DNA of 63,951 nt, counting the filler, from Planctomycetota bacterium (GTDB lineage Bacteria > Planctomycetota > Planctomycetia > JALXBF01): NCBI GenBank assembly GCA_026991575.1. It is 4 parts of 4 records of this genome, joined end to end, with 100 filler letters (N's around TTAATTAATTAA, not from the genome) between each part and the next. Parts side by side here need not be neighbours in the genome. Positions count along the whole stretch, not along the records: positions 1 to 20,199 come from JALXBF010000075.1; positions 20,300 to 40,182 come from JALXBF010000078.1; 2 more parts are not named here. One strand, 5' to 3'. This document shows, piece by piece, positions 20,099 to 30,142 of this stretch. The notes beneath the pieces were generated by a model that had not been told where the DNA came from, made no database searches, and worked only from the letters and a program-made list of their open reading frames with translations. The translations under genes were made by a program, and so were the position numbers. Each line of letters begins with the position of its first letter. Position 1 is the first letter of the stretch.

Positions 20099-20199
20099 AA
20101 GGATGGACAGAGTTCGTGTTCGTCGCTTGGCCCCGCCTGAGCGAAGGCGACTCCGTTCAATGAAACGTGCCAGAGGGAACGCTGTCAAGGCCAAACGCG

Positions 20200-20299
20200 N
20201 NNNNNNNNNNNNNNNNNNNNNNNNNNNNNNNNNNNNNNNNNNNTTAATTAATTAANNNNNNNNNNNNNNNNNNNNNNNNNNNNNNNNNNNNNNNNNNNN
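20200..20299. other. Artificial contig linker
   Basis: 44 N + TTAATTAATTAA (stops in all frames) + 44 N. Confidence 0.97.
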
Positions 20300-20842
20300 T
20301 GCTATCGATCCGCCTGGCGGCACGACGAGCTCAACAGCGATTCTGTGCGGTTCGTACCGCCGAGTCAATGGGGTTGGCCTTCACGAGCCCGGCTCAGCCG
20401 TTGTCGGGTGGGCGGCCAGGGAAGGAGGACGTGCCGGGCTACCCACAGCATCTGGCCCCGTCGGCCGGGCCTGTGGAAACGGGTCCGGCGGCTGCCGACA
20501 ACGGCTTGCCTGGATGACGCGGACGGTGAGGCTTTAGCCCCGCTCCCGCACCGAATCTGCGGGGACGGAGTCTGCACGGCCCGAGCAACCCGGACACGGT
20601 CCGCCGACCACCTGCCTGCCACGGCGGTTACGTGCCTGAACCGAATCGCAGCCCGGCGGTTGCCCCCCGCTTGGCGGGACAGGCTTCTCCGTGCTGTTCG
20701 CCACCGGGGTACGATCACCACGCAGAGGGCAACGGGATTCAGCCCGCAGCGGCAGGTCCACCCGGGTCGCGGCCAAACGGCCGCCGCAGACTCAGCGGCT
20801 CGCGTACGATCAACGAACGACCCGGCTAGGAGGAGATTGAGG

Positions 20843-23578
20843 TTGAACAGTCGAGTCTGGCGAAACCTTCTGATCGCGTTACTCGCTATTAGCCCCGCCA
20901 TAGCTGAAGACGAGGATGGCCGCCGGCCGGTGCAAGACGTGGTCACAGCGCGCCGGCATCTGCTGGAACAGTCGACGCATCCTCTGGTCGCGCACCGCTT
21001 CGAGAAACCGTTTTACCTTGTGGCCAACGGTCCATTCGACTGGTTCGACCCGCAGAGCGTGGAGGCGCTCAAGCAAACCGGCCTGGAACACGAGCTCGTC
21101 CAGGGCTACCTGTCGCTGCGTCACCTGGACCCGGAAGCAAACGTGCCAACGATCTACCGGGCGCTCGCTGCCCGTTTTCTGCGGTATCGCTGGCCGTTCC
21201 TGACCATCGACTACGATCTCACTCGAGGTGAACCGCTAGCTCCCCCGCCCCCGCCGGGTCTGGCACGCGATCTCTGGCTGGGAAGCAGCCATCCAGAAGA
21301 GCTTTACCGGCTGGAACCGTTCTTCTACTACGTCCGCGAAGGACGCCGCTGGCCCGGCTCGTCCATGGGACACTGGACAGACGAAGGCTTTCGCAAGTTC
21401 ATGGAGGAGCGGGTCCTGCCACGCGTGCGGCGTGAACTGCCGTTCTATGCCGATCCAAACCACCGCTGGACGCGGGCGCAGTTGAAACGGCTCACCGAAC
21501 TGCTCACCGAGGCTTACTGGGAAGAACGGATCCCGGTAGTGTGGCACATGAACCTGTCGCAGTACTACCAGGTCGCCAGGTCGGACGTGCGTGCCATCGG
21601 AACCAAAGGATGTTCTGCATACGAGCTGGCCCTGGCCCGCGGCATGTTGCGCCATGCCGCAGGGAAGGCCGCTTACATGGTGTGGCTCGGCTTTGAGCCA
21701 ACCCGACGGTACTATGTGCATCCATTCGTGCGCGGCGGGCTCGACCACAATCGAGGCGGCGCCATCGGCCTGCCCAAACAGCTGATCGAGCTGTACTATT
21801 TGAAGCCGTACTTCTCGGGCGCGACCTGTGTGAAACCCGAGAACGTTCCGGGGGGCTGTTTCACCGACATCGAGCGGGACGGTCAGTTTGAACTATCGCC
21901 GGTCGGTCGCGCGATCCATCGCGTACTGGACCTGGCACACCGTTATCCCGACCGCGGCACAGCGTGGGTTCCCATCGCGCTGCTCCTGGATCGTGAACGC
22001 GAAATCGGGCTGGGCGGCAGCACCTACGGGGTGCCCGTCGGCCTGAGCCGTCTCTGGGCGGTGCCGTATGACGAGGCAGACCAATTCAATCATGGCCTGG
22101 TGTGGGATACGCTCTTTCCCGAACCCCCCGCAGCCCGTTGGACCGGCGGCTACTTCCGCACAGCGCCCTACGGAGAACTGTTTGCGATTATCAAACCGAA
22201 CGAAAGGCTTCGTCGGGGACTGACAGCCCGGAACCTGCTCGAACCTTTCGCCGTGGCCTTTGCCCTGGGCGGGCTCCAGCTCGACCACGCTCTGACCGAA
22301 ACCCTTACCGATTTCGTCCGCTCCGGTGGCACGCTTCTGGTGCATGCTCCCGACGTGTTGAATGCCGCAGACTCGCTCCAGTGGCGTGCGATGACCGGCG
22401 TTGCACTCCACGCTGAGCTGCGCACCGGCCAGGAGGTCGTCGACAGCCGCACCCAGAAGCGCTGGTACGAAGAACCGTTCCAGTACCACCGGGCTGAGCC
22501 GCTCGGTGCACGTGTGCTGTACGCGTGCGAAGGGCAGCCCCTGGTAACCGTGAACCGGTACGGAGCCGGTCAGGTTATTGTGCTCTGCACGCGCTACGCG
22601 ATCCAGATAAGCTCCGTACCACCGCTCTCGGGCTTCCTGCCTCTGCGGCGCTACTGGAAACAGCGCCCGGTGCTGAAACTGGTCGGCGAGCTACTGGGTG
22701 AGCTGGTGAAGGCGGCTACCCCCCTGCGAGTGGAAGTGCCCTCTGCTGCCCGCCCGTACATCGGCTGGGAAGTCCGGCGCCGCGGCACCAACTGGCTGGC
22801 CGTCGTGTACAACTACGACGTGCGTCAGCAGCCGAGCTACGAGCCGAGAGGCATCGCCCATTCATACGCGAAGCCAGCCCCGGTCAGAACCCCGCTGCGT
22901 CTGATTCACGAAAACGCTTCCTACCGGCATGTGCTCGAATGGCTGTCCGACACAACACTGCAGACGCAGCGAACGCGTGAGGGCACTTCTGTGCTCTCGC
23001 ATCGTATTGCTGCGGGTGGCGTCCACGTGTACGAGTTCAGCACGGCGCCAATCACTCCAGCCCCTCCTCGATGGCAGAATCTGGCACTGGGCAAGCCAGC
23101 ACGCGCCTCCTCGGCGCTGGACGGCTTCGGGCCCGAACTGGCCGTCGACGGTCGACACGACTGGGACCGCTACTGGTGCTCGGCACAGTCACACCCGACG
23201 ACACGAAACACGCCGTGGTTCTCGCTGCCCCAATGGCTCGAGGTGGACTTAGAGCGTGTGCACCGCATCAATCACACGCGTGTCTACCTGCACTGGGAAC
23301 CGGACGACGATCTCGATTCGCCACCAAAGATCTACCGCTACCGCATCGAGGTGTCCCGGGACGGGCAGCAGTGGCAGACCGTGGTAAACGAAACACAAAA
23401 CCTGAACCCAGCCCGACCGCACGGACACTGGCGTTGGTTCGAACCGGTCGACGCACGATACGTCCGGCTTGTCATCACGGACAACCTGATCGACACCGGG
23501 GCCCGTGTGGTCGAATTGGAAGTCTACGATGCTGACACACCAGGTCTGGCTGAGCCGGAGCCGTCCGGCGGCCGCTGA
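20843..23578 (+). CDS. Large secreted putative carbohydrate-active protein with C-terminal F5/8 type C (CBM32/discoidin) domain
   Basis: AGGAGG RBS then TTG 20843 and a signal peptide (LLIALLAISPAIA); GATase-like/GH42-trimerisation-like segment (LTDFVRSGGTLL...NRYGAGQVI); NLALGKPARASS...LAVDG...QWLEVDL...ARYVRL. Confidence 0.65.
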   Translation: MNSRVWRNLLIALLAISPAIAEDEDGRRPVQDVVTARRHLLEQSTHPLVAHRFEKPFYLVANGPFDWFDPQSVEALKQTGLEHELVQGYLSLRHLDPEANVPTIYRALAARFLRYRWPFLTIDYDLTRGEPLAPPPPPGLARDLWLGSSHPEELYRLEPFFYYVREGRRWPGSSMGHWTDEGFRKFMEERVLPRVRRELPFYADPNHRWTRAQLKRLTELLTEAYWEERIPVVWHMNLSQYYQVARSDVRAIGTKGCSAYELALARGMLRHAAGKAAYMVWLGFEPTRRYYVHPFVRGGLDHNRGGAIGLPKQLIELYYLKPYFSGATCVKPENVPGGCFTDIERDGQFELSPVGRAIHRVLDLAHRYPDRGTAWVPIALLLDREREIGLGGSTYGVPVGLSRLWAVPYDEADQFNHGLVWDTLFPEPPAARWTGGYFRTAPYGELFAIIKPNERLRRGLTARNLLEPFAVAFALGGLQLDHALTETLTDFVRSGGTLLVHAPDVLNAADSLQWRAMTGVALHAELRTGQEVVDSRTQKRWYEEPFQYHRAEPLGARVLYACEGQPLVTVNRYGAGQVIVLCTRYAIQISSVPPLSGFLPLRRYWKQRPVLKLVGELLGELVKAATPLRVEVPSAARPYIGWEVRRRGTNWLAVVYNYDVRQQPSYEPRGIAHSYAKPAPVRTPLRLIHENASYRHVLEWLSDTTLQTQRTREGTSVLSHRIAAGGVHVYEFSTAPITPAPPRWQNLALGKPARASSALDGFGPELAVDGRHDWDRYWCSAQSHPTTRNTPWFSLPQWLEVDLERVHRINHTRVYLHWEPDDDLDSPPKIYRYRIEVSRDGQQWQTVVNETQNLNPARPHGHWRWFEPVDARYVRLVITDNLIDTGARVVELEVYDADTPGLAEPEPSGGR

Positions 23579-24225
23579 GGTCCTCTTCGTTCCGAAAGCC
23601 TCCGGTGATGGCGCCGCCGTTGCACCCCGATATACGACGCGCCTGGTGGGCAGTCGCAGCCCCTGCCTCTCGGCCCTCGTCTCGCAAACCAGCCATCGGG
23701 CGCCCCCACCGAGCGCGCCGGGTTCTGGCCGGATAGCCTGGACACGGCTCAGCAACCGGCCGGTTCGCCGCCGGTGCGTGAGCCTGCCCTGTGGATCGAT
23801 CGGGGCCGGGCTCTCCAGCCCGCCGGTCTCAGTTCAAAGCGGATGGGCTAGCGGGCTGCGACGCGTCCCAGCAAAGACAACACGCGCGGACGCGGCCGAT
23901 TCCCGACGGCCAGCATGAGGCCCAGACCGTCTGGCGCCCGGTACAGGCATAGCCCCGAGAGTGGGCCCGGCCGGTCCGGGCAACGGGCACCAACCGCCGC
24001 GCAAGCTGCTTCCTGACAGGCTGTGGCGGACGGAGGTAGCATCCGATGGTGCCGGGCCGCCCTGCGGCGCCCGCAACGGTGAGTTTAGCTGCCAAGCACT
24101 CTCGTCTACTCACAGCCGCTTAACCGGCCTCGCTCGCGTAACGGGTCCCGTGCCGCGCCGAACTAACCTCCGCAGCAGCGGGAACCGAGCCGGACGCCAC
24201 CGCAGCTCCTAGACGCACGCGACGG

Positions 24226-25665
24226 CTAGCGCTCCAACTGATTCGGCACCGGCTGAATGCTCCTGACATGCTCTGCGGCTATCTCTTTCAGGCGGCGAAG
24301 GAGCTCGGGGTGCCTTTGCGACAGTTCGAACCGCTCCCCTGGATCGGTCTCGACGTTGTAAAGCAGCGGAGGGTCATGCTCGGTGCGCTTCGGACCAATG
24401 CCGTAAGATCCCTGCGTGATGAAGTGAGCCTTCCACGGTCCGAGCCGCACCGCGTAGAGTTGTTCCTGTCGCCAGTAGAACAGCCGGTCACGTGGGCTAT
24501 CTTTGACCGTGCCGCGTAGCACGTCGGAAAGGTCGTAGCCGTCGAGCTGCAGCCCGTCGGGCAACTCAACCCCCGCCAGCCGGCAGAACGTGGGCAACAG
24601 GTCCATGACCGAGCCTAGCCCCATCTGTACCCCAGGTTGCACCAATCCGGGCCCCCAGAAGATCCCGGGCACGCGCATACCCCCCTCGAATGTCGTCCCC
24701 TTGCCATTGCGCAACGGTCCGGCCGCCCCCCCGTGGGTTGCAAACGGGAGCCATGGGCCGTTGTCCGAGGTGAACACGACCAGAGTGCGTCGTTGCAGGC
24801 CGAGTTCCCGGAGCGCGGCCAGGATTCGTCCTACGCCGGCATCGATCTCCTCAACGACGTCGCCGTACAGCCCCCGGCGGCTACGGCCCAGCCACGGCTC
24901 GCTGGCATACAGCGGAATGTGCGGCATGTTGTGTGCCAGGTAGACGAAGAACGGCTCGTTGCGATGCTCGCGAATGAACTCGATCGCCTTCTCCGTGTAC
25001 CGCCTCGTCAGTGTCAGCTGGTTCGCAGGACGCTCCACGACCCGAGTGCCCTCCATCAGTGGCACGTTGAACTGCTGGATCGGCGCCAGGTACCGCGGAT
25101 CGAGGCGCGCCCGCCTGAGGTAGTTTGGGAACCCAGGCCGAGCGTCCATGTCGTTGGAATAGGGAATGCCGAAGTAGTAGTCGAAACCGTGCGCCGTAGG
25201 CAGGTACTGCGGCAGGTGCCCCAGGTGCCACTTGCCAATAGCCGCCGTGGCATAGCCGGCCTGCTTGAGCAGTTCCGCGATGGTCCACTCCGACGCCGGC
25301 AACCCGCCACGCGAATTGGGAAACAGAACCCGTCGCTCGTCCGACATCATGCCGCTGCGCACCGGCACGCGTCCGGTCAGCAGCGCCGCCCGACTCGGCG
25401 TACACACCGGCGCACCGGCGTAGAAGCTCGTCCACTTCTGGCCCTCGGCCGCCATTCGATCCAGAGTCGGCGTGTTGATCGTTGGATTCCCGTAACAACC
25501 CAGATCGCCATAGCCGAGGTCGTCGCAGAAGATGATCACGAAATTGGGCTTCCGATCGGGCGCGCCGTCCGGTGGGGCCGCCGCCGAGGCGGCGACCGCC
25601 GTCGCGGCAACGCCGAGCAGATTCGCGACGCGACCAAGCCAGGCCCGAAACACAGTCATCGGCAT
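24226..25665 (-). CDS. Arylsulfatase A-like sulfatase (S1)
   Basis: PNFVIIFCDDLGYGD, CTPSRAALLTG formylglycine motif, GKWHLG, FTSDNGP. Confidence 0.93.
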   Translation of the reverse strand: MPMTVFRAWLGRVANLLGVAATAVAASAAAPPDGAPDRKPNFVIIFCDDLGYGDLGCYGNPTINTPTLDRMAAEGQKWTSFYAGAPVCTPSRAALLTGRVPVRSGMMSDERRVLFPNSRGGLPASEWTIAELLKQAGYATAAIGKWHLGHLPQYLPTAHGFDYYFGIPYSNDMDARPGFPNYLRRARLDPRYLAPIQQFNVPLMEGTRVVERPANQLTLTRRYTEKAIEFIREHRNEPFFVYLAHNMPHIPLYASEPWLGRSRRGLYGDVVEEIDAGVGRILAALRELGLQRRTLVVFTSDNGPWLPFATHGGAAGPLRNGKGTTFEGGMRVPGIFWGPGLVQPGVQMGLGSVMDLLPTFCRLAGVELPDGLQLDGYDLSDVLRGTVKDSPRDRLFYWRQEQLYAVRLGPWKAHFITQGSYGIGPKRTEHDPPLLYNVETDPGERFELSQRHPELLRRLKEIAAEHVRSIQPVPNQLER

Positions 25666-25850
25666 GCACCTCAGACAAAGCCCGTCTCAAAAGCCCGTCT
25701 CACCAACGGGGTCAGTCTACCACGCACCCGCGCAAGCGGCCCACATCCGTGTACGATCCCCGGGTAGTGCCCAAGCACGTGCGGCGGCTATCATGGTGAC
25801 TGGTACGCGGGCTGCGCGACGAACGCCGGGCCGCAGGCAGCAATCGTGCG

Positions 25851-26810
25851 ATGTCCCGTTTAGCGGAGCTACCACCAGACCAAGTGCCACTGGCGGTCAT
25901 CGACCTGGAGACCACCGGGCTCACGCCGGGTGTCGATCGGGTCGTCGAGGTGGCCGTGTTCCGAATCGATCCGGGCAACGAACCGAAGCTCGTCCTGGAC
26001 ACACTCGTCAACCCGGAACGTCCGGTAAGCGGGAGCGAGATCCACGGCATCACGGACGAGGACGTCGCTGACGCACCAACGTTTGACGAGATCGCAGGCG
26101 CCGTGGTGGAAGCTCTGTCAGATTGCGTTGTGGCGGCGTACAACGTGTACTTCGAGGCGCGTTTCCTGCGGTACGAGCTGCGTCGTGCACGCCTTCGCAC
26201 GCGGTTCCCCCATGTGTGCCTCATGTACCTACGGCCGTTGCTCGGACTCGGTGGCCGCGCATCGCTGGATGACGTCTGTGACGAGTATGGCATTCGGCGA
26301 TCGGCTGCCCACATGGCCGCCGCCGATGCGGAGGCAGCCAGTCGGTTGTGTGTCGAGGTGTACATGCCTCATCTGAAACGGCTGCAACTTCAGCGGCTGG
26401 CCGATCTGGCTCGGCTGGCGAAATACAAGTTCCTGGAAAGCCTTGTCGAAGAGCCCCTGCGGCCCCCCCGAGAGCGCCGGCCCGAACGTCCAGCATTCAA
26501 GTCGCGGTACCTGCGGGCGCAGGCGACGCCGGCACGCACCGCGGCCGAGGAGGCACTGGCCCGGTACTGGGAGGCCCTTCAGGCTGTGCTGGCCGATCTG
26601 GAGGTTACCCCAGAAGAGCGCCTGTACCTGCAGAAGCGGGCACGGGAGTTGGCTTTGCGGCCCGAACAAGTCCGCACGGTACATGCCCGCGTCTTTGCCT
26701 CCCTGCTGCAGGACGTGATCGAGGATTCTTGGCTCGATCAGGCCGAATGCGACCGCTTGCGGGCCGTCTACCGCTGTCTGGCCGAACTCGGCTGGGCCCC
26801 GGGCCAGTAG
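25851..26810 (+). CDS. DEDDh 3'-5' exonuclease (DnaQ-like) with C-terminal helical (TerB-like) domain
   Basis: IDLETTG (ExoI), IHGITDEDVADAPTF, AYNVYFE (ExoII), AHMAAADA (ExoIII); tail LADLEVTPEERLYL. Confidence 0.8.
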   Translation: MSRLAELPPDQVPLAVIDLETTGLTPGVDRVVEVAVFRIDPGNEPKLVLDTLVNPERPVSGSEIHGITDEDVADAPTFDEIAGAVVEALSDCVVAAYNVYFEARFLRYELRRARLRTRFPHVCLMYLRPLLGLGGRASLDDVCDEYGIRRSAAHMAAADAEAASRLCVEVYMPHLKRLQLQRLADLARLAKYKFLESLVEEPLRPPRERRPERPAFKSRYLRAQATPARTAAEEALARYWEALQAVLADLEVTPEERLYLQKRARELALRPEQVRTVHARVFASLLQDVIEDSWLDQAECDRLRAVYRCLAELGWAPGQ

Positions 26811-27176
26811 GCGCCTGAGCCCTGTCGCTCAAGCACAACCGTAAGCCAGCGTGCGATCAGCTATCGCTGGAAGCCAACCACCTGCCACCTCAAGCACCGC
26901 TGCCGAAGTCCCACCGGCATGCGCATCCTTCTGTGGTGTCGGCCCGGTAACCGACCGGATCGGGACGAACCGCTCACGGGGGCACAGGCAACACTTAAGG
27001 TACCGCGCACGAAGCTGCCGGCGGGATCCGTGCATCGGGGTCAACGAAGAAGCCGGTTCGGCAACCGGCGTGGCGACGTGAGAACGTACTTCTCTGCTCA
27101 GACCAAAACCAGCAAGAGCACTGCGGCCCGGGCAGGGAAGAGCAACAAGGGCTTTCCAGGCAAGTAGTTCCGAAAG

Positions 27177-27250
27177 TGGGCGATGCAGGATTCGAACCTG
27201 CGACCTCCGCCTTGTAAGGGCGGCGCTCTAGCCAATTGAGCTAATCGCCC
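27177..27250 (-). tRNA. tRNA-Val(TAC)
   Basis: GGGCGATTAGCTCAATTGGCTAGAGCGCCGCCCTTACAAGGCGGAGGTCGCAGGTTCGAATCCTGCATCGCCCA cloverleaf. Confidence 0.95.
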
Positions 27251-27293
27251 ACAGCAGCGTGTTCGCAGGAAGCTCCGTGGACAAAAAGAAAGG

Positions 27294-27365
27294 CTACCCG
27301 GCCTGGATTCGAACCAGGACTGAGGGAACCAAAATCCCTAGTGCTACCAATTACACCACCGGGTA
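27294..27365 (-). tRNA. tRNA-Gln(TTG)
   Basis: TACCCGGTGGTGTAATTGGTAGCACTAGGGATTTTGGTTCCCTCAGTCCTGGTTCGAATCCAGGCCGGGTAG cloverleaf. Confidence 0.95.
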
Positions 27366-27547
27366 GCTCGCTCAGGTAATTATTTACCGCTTCGACGCTC
27401 CGCTGAAAAGGCCTGTTCCCCAATCGAGGCCGTCCGCCCGCTCACCTCGATCGGCTCGCTTCGTGATAGGTACCGCGTGGATCGCCCCAAATCGGCCGAC
27501 TCGCATCACGAGACGATCGCACGCGCTGGCCGTGCGGAAGCAGCCGG

Positions 27548-28363
27548 TCACTTGGCGCGGGAGATCGCCTCTACGGCGGCCTGCCAGACTGCTCCCTCCG
27601 GCCGAACGCCGATGGCCGCCAGCTCCCGGCGGACTACCGCCTCGTCGGCCCCGCCGTGACGCACGCGGAACAGCAGCCAAACGGCAGCGAACAGCTCACC
27701 ATTCTCGTCATGCACATACAGTGGACGGTACTTCGGATGGCTCAGGAACTCGATCAACCGCTTCTGGACCTCCTCGCGCGCCAGGGCCTGCGCCGTGATC
27801 GGCTCATTGTGGTAGTTCAACCCCAGCTGCCGGCACATCGGGCCTTCGGCCGGGTCGGGCTTCGCCGACAGGTCAAGCACCGTCACGAAACCGCGAGCCT
27901 GCAGCCAGCGGAGCCCGACGGTTGTCGGCCGGTAACCGTAGGCGACGTTCGGTTGAAGAACGGTGTAGCCTTCAAGGCCTGGCCACTGCTGCTTGCGGAA
28001 CTGCTGGTGCTTGCTGTGCGTCTGGCGGGGCTCCTCCTGGCTGCCTTGCTGCTTCTGCTGCGGATACGCTCGGACGACGGGGCCGGAGAAACGCTCGCTA
28101 GGCACCGGCCGTACCAGTGGTGCTCTGCGAGTGGCACGCTCGCGCGCAGCGGTCGCGTCTCGGCCAGGCAGCGCGGACGCTGCAGGCTGCCGTGTGGTGC
28201 CTGGAGCGACAGAAGCAGCCACGGCTGAGACCACCGCGGAACGGGTTGGGCTAACGCTCAGAAACGCCGTACCGGCGCAACCAATGAGTGCGGTGCCAAC
28301 CAACCACGGTGTCAACACTCGAACCACCCGTGCCACGGGCCGACTCCTCGGTCGTACATGCAT
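27548..28363 (-). CDS. Exported protein with tyrosine-phosphatase/DUF442-like domain (catalytic Cys absent)
   Basis: N-terminal TM; RPTTVGLRWLQARGFVTVLDL, LGLNYHNEPI and RPLYVHDENG where PTP-like enzymes have HCxxGxxR. Confidence 0.6.
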   Translation of the reverse strand: MHVRPRSRPVARVVRVLTPWLVGTALIGCAGTAFLSVSPTRSAVVSAVAASVAPGTTRQPAASALPGRDATAARERATRRAPLVRPVPSERFSGPVVRAYPQQKQQGSQEEPRQTHSKHQQFRKQQWPGLEGYTVLQPNVAYGYRPTTVGLRWLQARGFVTVLDLSAKPDPAEGPMCRQLGLNYHNEPITAQALAREEVQKRLIEFLSHPKYRPLYVHDENGELFAAVWLLFRVRHGGADEAVVRRELAAIGVRPEGAVWQAAVEAISRAK

Positions 28364-28514
28364 CGGTTGTCCCGCCTGTCAGTTTCTGCGATGCGGTGCG
28401 CGCAATTGTAGGCCATGCAGCGTTACCGGTAATCGCCCGGTCGGCAGCTACGGTCGCCGGGGTTCCTACAATCGGTACAGTTGATCGCGCTGAACAGTTC
28501 GCACCGAGGCCCCC

Positions 28515-29957
28515 ATGAGCGGTGAACGCCAGTTCCAACGGCCGGCCGGACGGCGCCGGATCGTGACGCCTCTGGCAGTGGTCGTCCTACTTGCCGCTTG
28601 CGCTGTCTTCCTGGCCGACCTCCGCGGTGAACCGTACTTTGTCGACGAGGGGGCAATGGTGTACCAGTCCTTCTACTGGCCGCTATTTCGCGACGGGCAT
28701 CGGAACGACTATCGCTGGCTCATGTACCCGGCCTTCGACCATCCTCCGCTGTCGAAGTATCTTTTTGGCCTCGCCCAGGAGCTTGCAGGGCATCCGGTAC
28801 CGGTTGGCAGCCACTATCGGGCATGGTGCCGCTGGATCAGCGGCGGGATCACCTGGCCACGGCCAGGGAAGCAGCGTCTGGTGGCGTGCCGGACGGTGAG
28901 CGCGCTGAGTGGCATCGCTGCCGTGGCCGCCATCTTCGCGTTGGCCCATCGCATGCGAGGCCCGCTGTTTGCGGCAATCGTTGCCGCCCTGTTCACGTAC
29001 GCCCCCCTCGTCCGCACCCATGCCCGTCGCGCTATGGCAGACGTCATGACCGAAGCGGCCGTGCTGCTGAGCCTGCTAGCTACCGGCTGGCTCCTCGACA
29101 GCCTGCGTCGGCAACGCTACCTGCAAGCGGGTCTGGCACTGGGCGTCGCAGCGTTGTGCGGCGCTGCGGCCCCGCTGGCCAAGCTCAACGGCGGGCTGGT
29201 CGTCGCAGTGGTCGGACTGCTTGGCGCGGGCCTACTTCTGCTTGGAGCAACGGGCCGGCTCGGCTGGTCCGATGGCAGCTCCGGCCGACTCGTCCGCGCA
29301 GCGCTTGCCTGCCTGCTGGTACCGCCACTTGCCTTCGCTGTGTTCACGGCACTGAATCCGACGTTGACCGCTCGGCCGAACTTGGCGGCCGTTCGGCTCC
29401 AGCCATTTGAACGGCCGTTCGCCATGTGGCACCAGTACGCGGGTTTGAACGATGCTGGCCCCGTGAAGCGCGCGCTCCTGCTGGCACGTTTCCGCAGCGA
29501 GGTCATGGCAGAAGGAGCCCGGAACTTTCCCGACGATCGACTCGAAACCTTGTCCCAGCGGCTGGCGGCACTGTGGTACGACGGGTTCGGCCGTTTCGGC
29601 CCCCTTGCCGTGCGATCCTTCAGACCGGGGGAAGATCGGCTGACGATTGTCGTGTTCCGAACCTGGTCGCCGCTGGCCTGGATTTGGGGCAGTCTCGTCC
29701 TGCTGGGTCTGGCAGCCAGTGCCCGTGCGGCCTACCGTGAACTGCTCAGCGCACGGCCTGGTCTGTACCTCGTGCTGGTCTGCTACTCGGTCGCCATCCT
29801 GTTAGTAACTGCCCTTCTGACGCCGCTCCGCTGGGACCGGTACTACCTGCCGCTACAGCCCGTAGCAGTGCTGATGGCAACTCACGGAACGGCCACACTG
29901 GTGGCCTGGTTCCGAGAGCTGATAGCCGCTTCGAGCCACAGCGAGCGATCCCGTTGA
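28515..29957 (+). CDS. GT-C fold membrane glycosyltransferase (PMT_2/GT39-like)
   Basis: FVDEG, FDHPPLSKYLFG, ARRAMAD, LAKLNG and WDRYYLP motifs; multiple TMs. Confidence 0.75.
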   Translation: MSGERQFQRPAGRRRIVTPLAVVVLLAACAVFLADLRGEPYFVDEGAMVYQSFYWPLFRDGHRNDYRWLMYPAFDHPPLSKYLFGLAQELAGHPVPVGSHYRAWCRWISGGITWPRPGKQRLVACRTVSALSGIAAVAAIFALAHRMRGPLFAAIVAALFTYAPLVRTHARRAMADVMTEAAVLLSLLATGWLLDSLRRQRYLQAGLALGVAALCGAAAPLAKLNGGLVVAVVGLLGAGLLLLGATGRLGWSDGSSGRLVRAALACLLVPPLAFAVFTALNPTLTARPNLAAVRLQPFERPFAMWHQYAGLNDAGPVKRALLLARFRSEVMAEGARNFPDDRLETLSQRLAALWYDGFGRFGPLAVRSFRPGEDRLTIVVFRTWSPLAWIWGSLVLLGLAASARAAYRELLSARPGLYLVLVCYSVAILLVTALLTPLRWDRYYLPLQPVAVLMATHGTATLVAWFRELIAASSHSERSR

Positions 29958-30142
29958 GCCGTTGCTTGCCCGTCCGATCGAACCGACGCTCGCCGCGCAC
30001 GAATAGCATTTCAGAAGGCTGCCCGATGCCGCTGTTGCCGCCGCCGGTCTCAGGCAGTTCTGCCGCTGAGCATAGCCGAGGCTCGCGTTCCGGCGACCGG
30101 CTCCCTGGCGCAGGAGCTGCGATCTGCAGTTGAGGTTGCACG

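Noticed and set aside
20244..20255. TTAATTAATTAA palindrome occurring three times
   Set aside because: Synthetic six-frame stop linker inside N runs.
20345..20842. N-terminal 166 aa of the 1077-aa ORF
   Set aside because: Low-complexity upstream extension; the RBS and signal peptide indicate a start at 20843.
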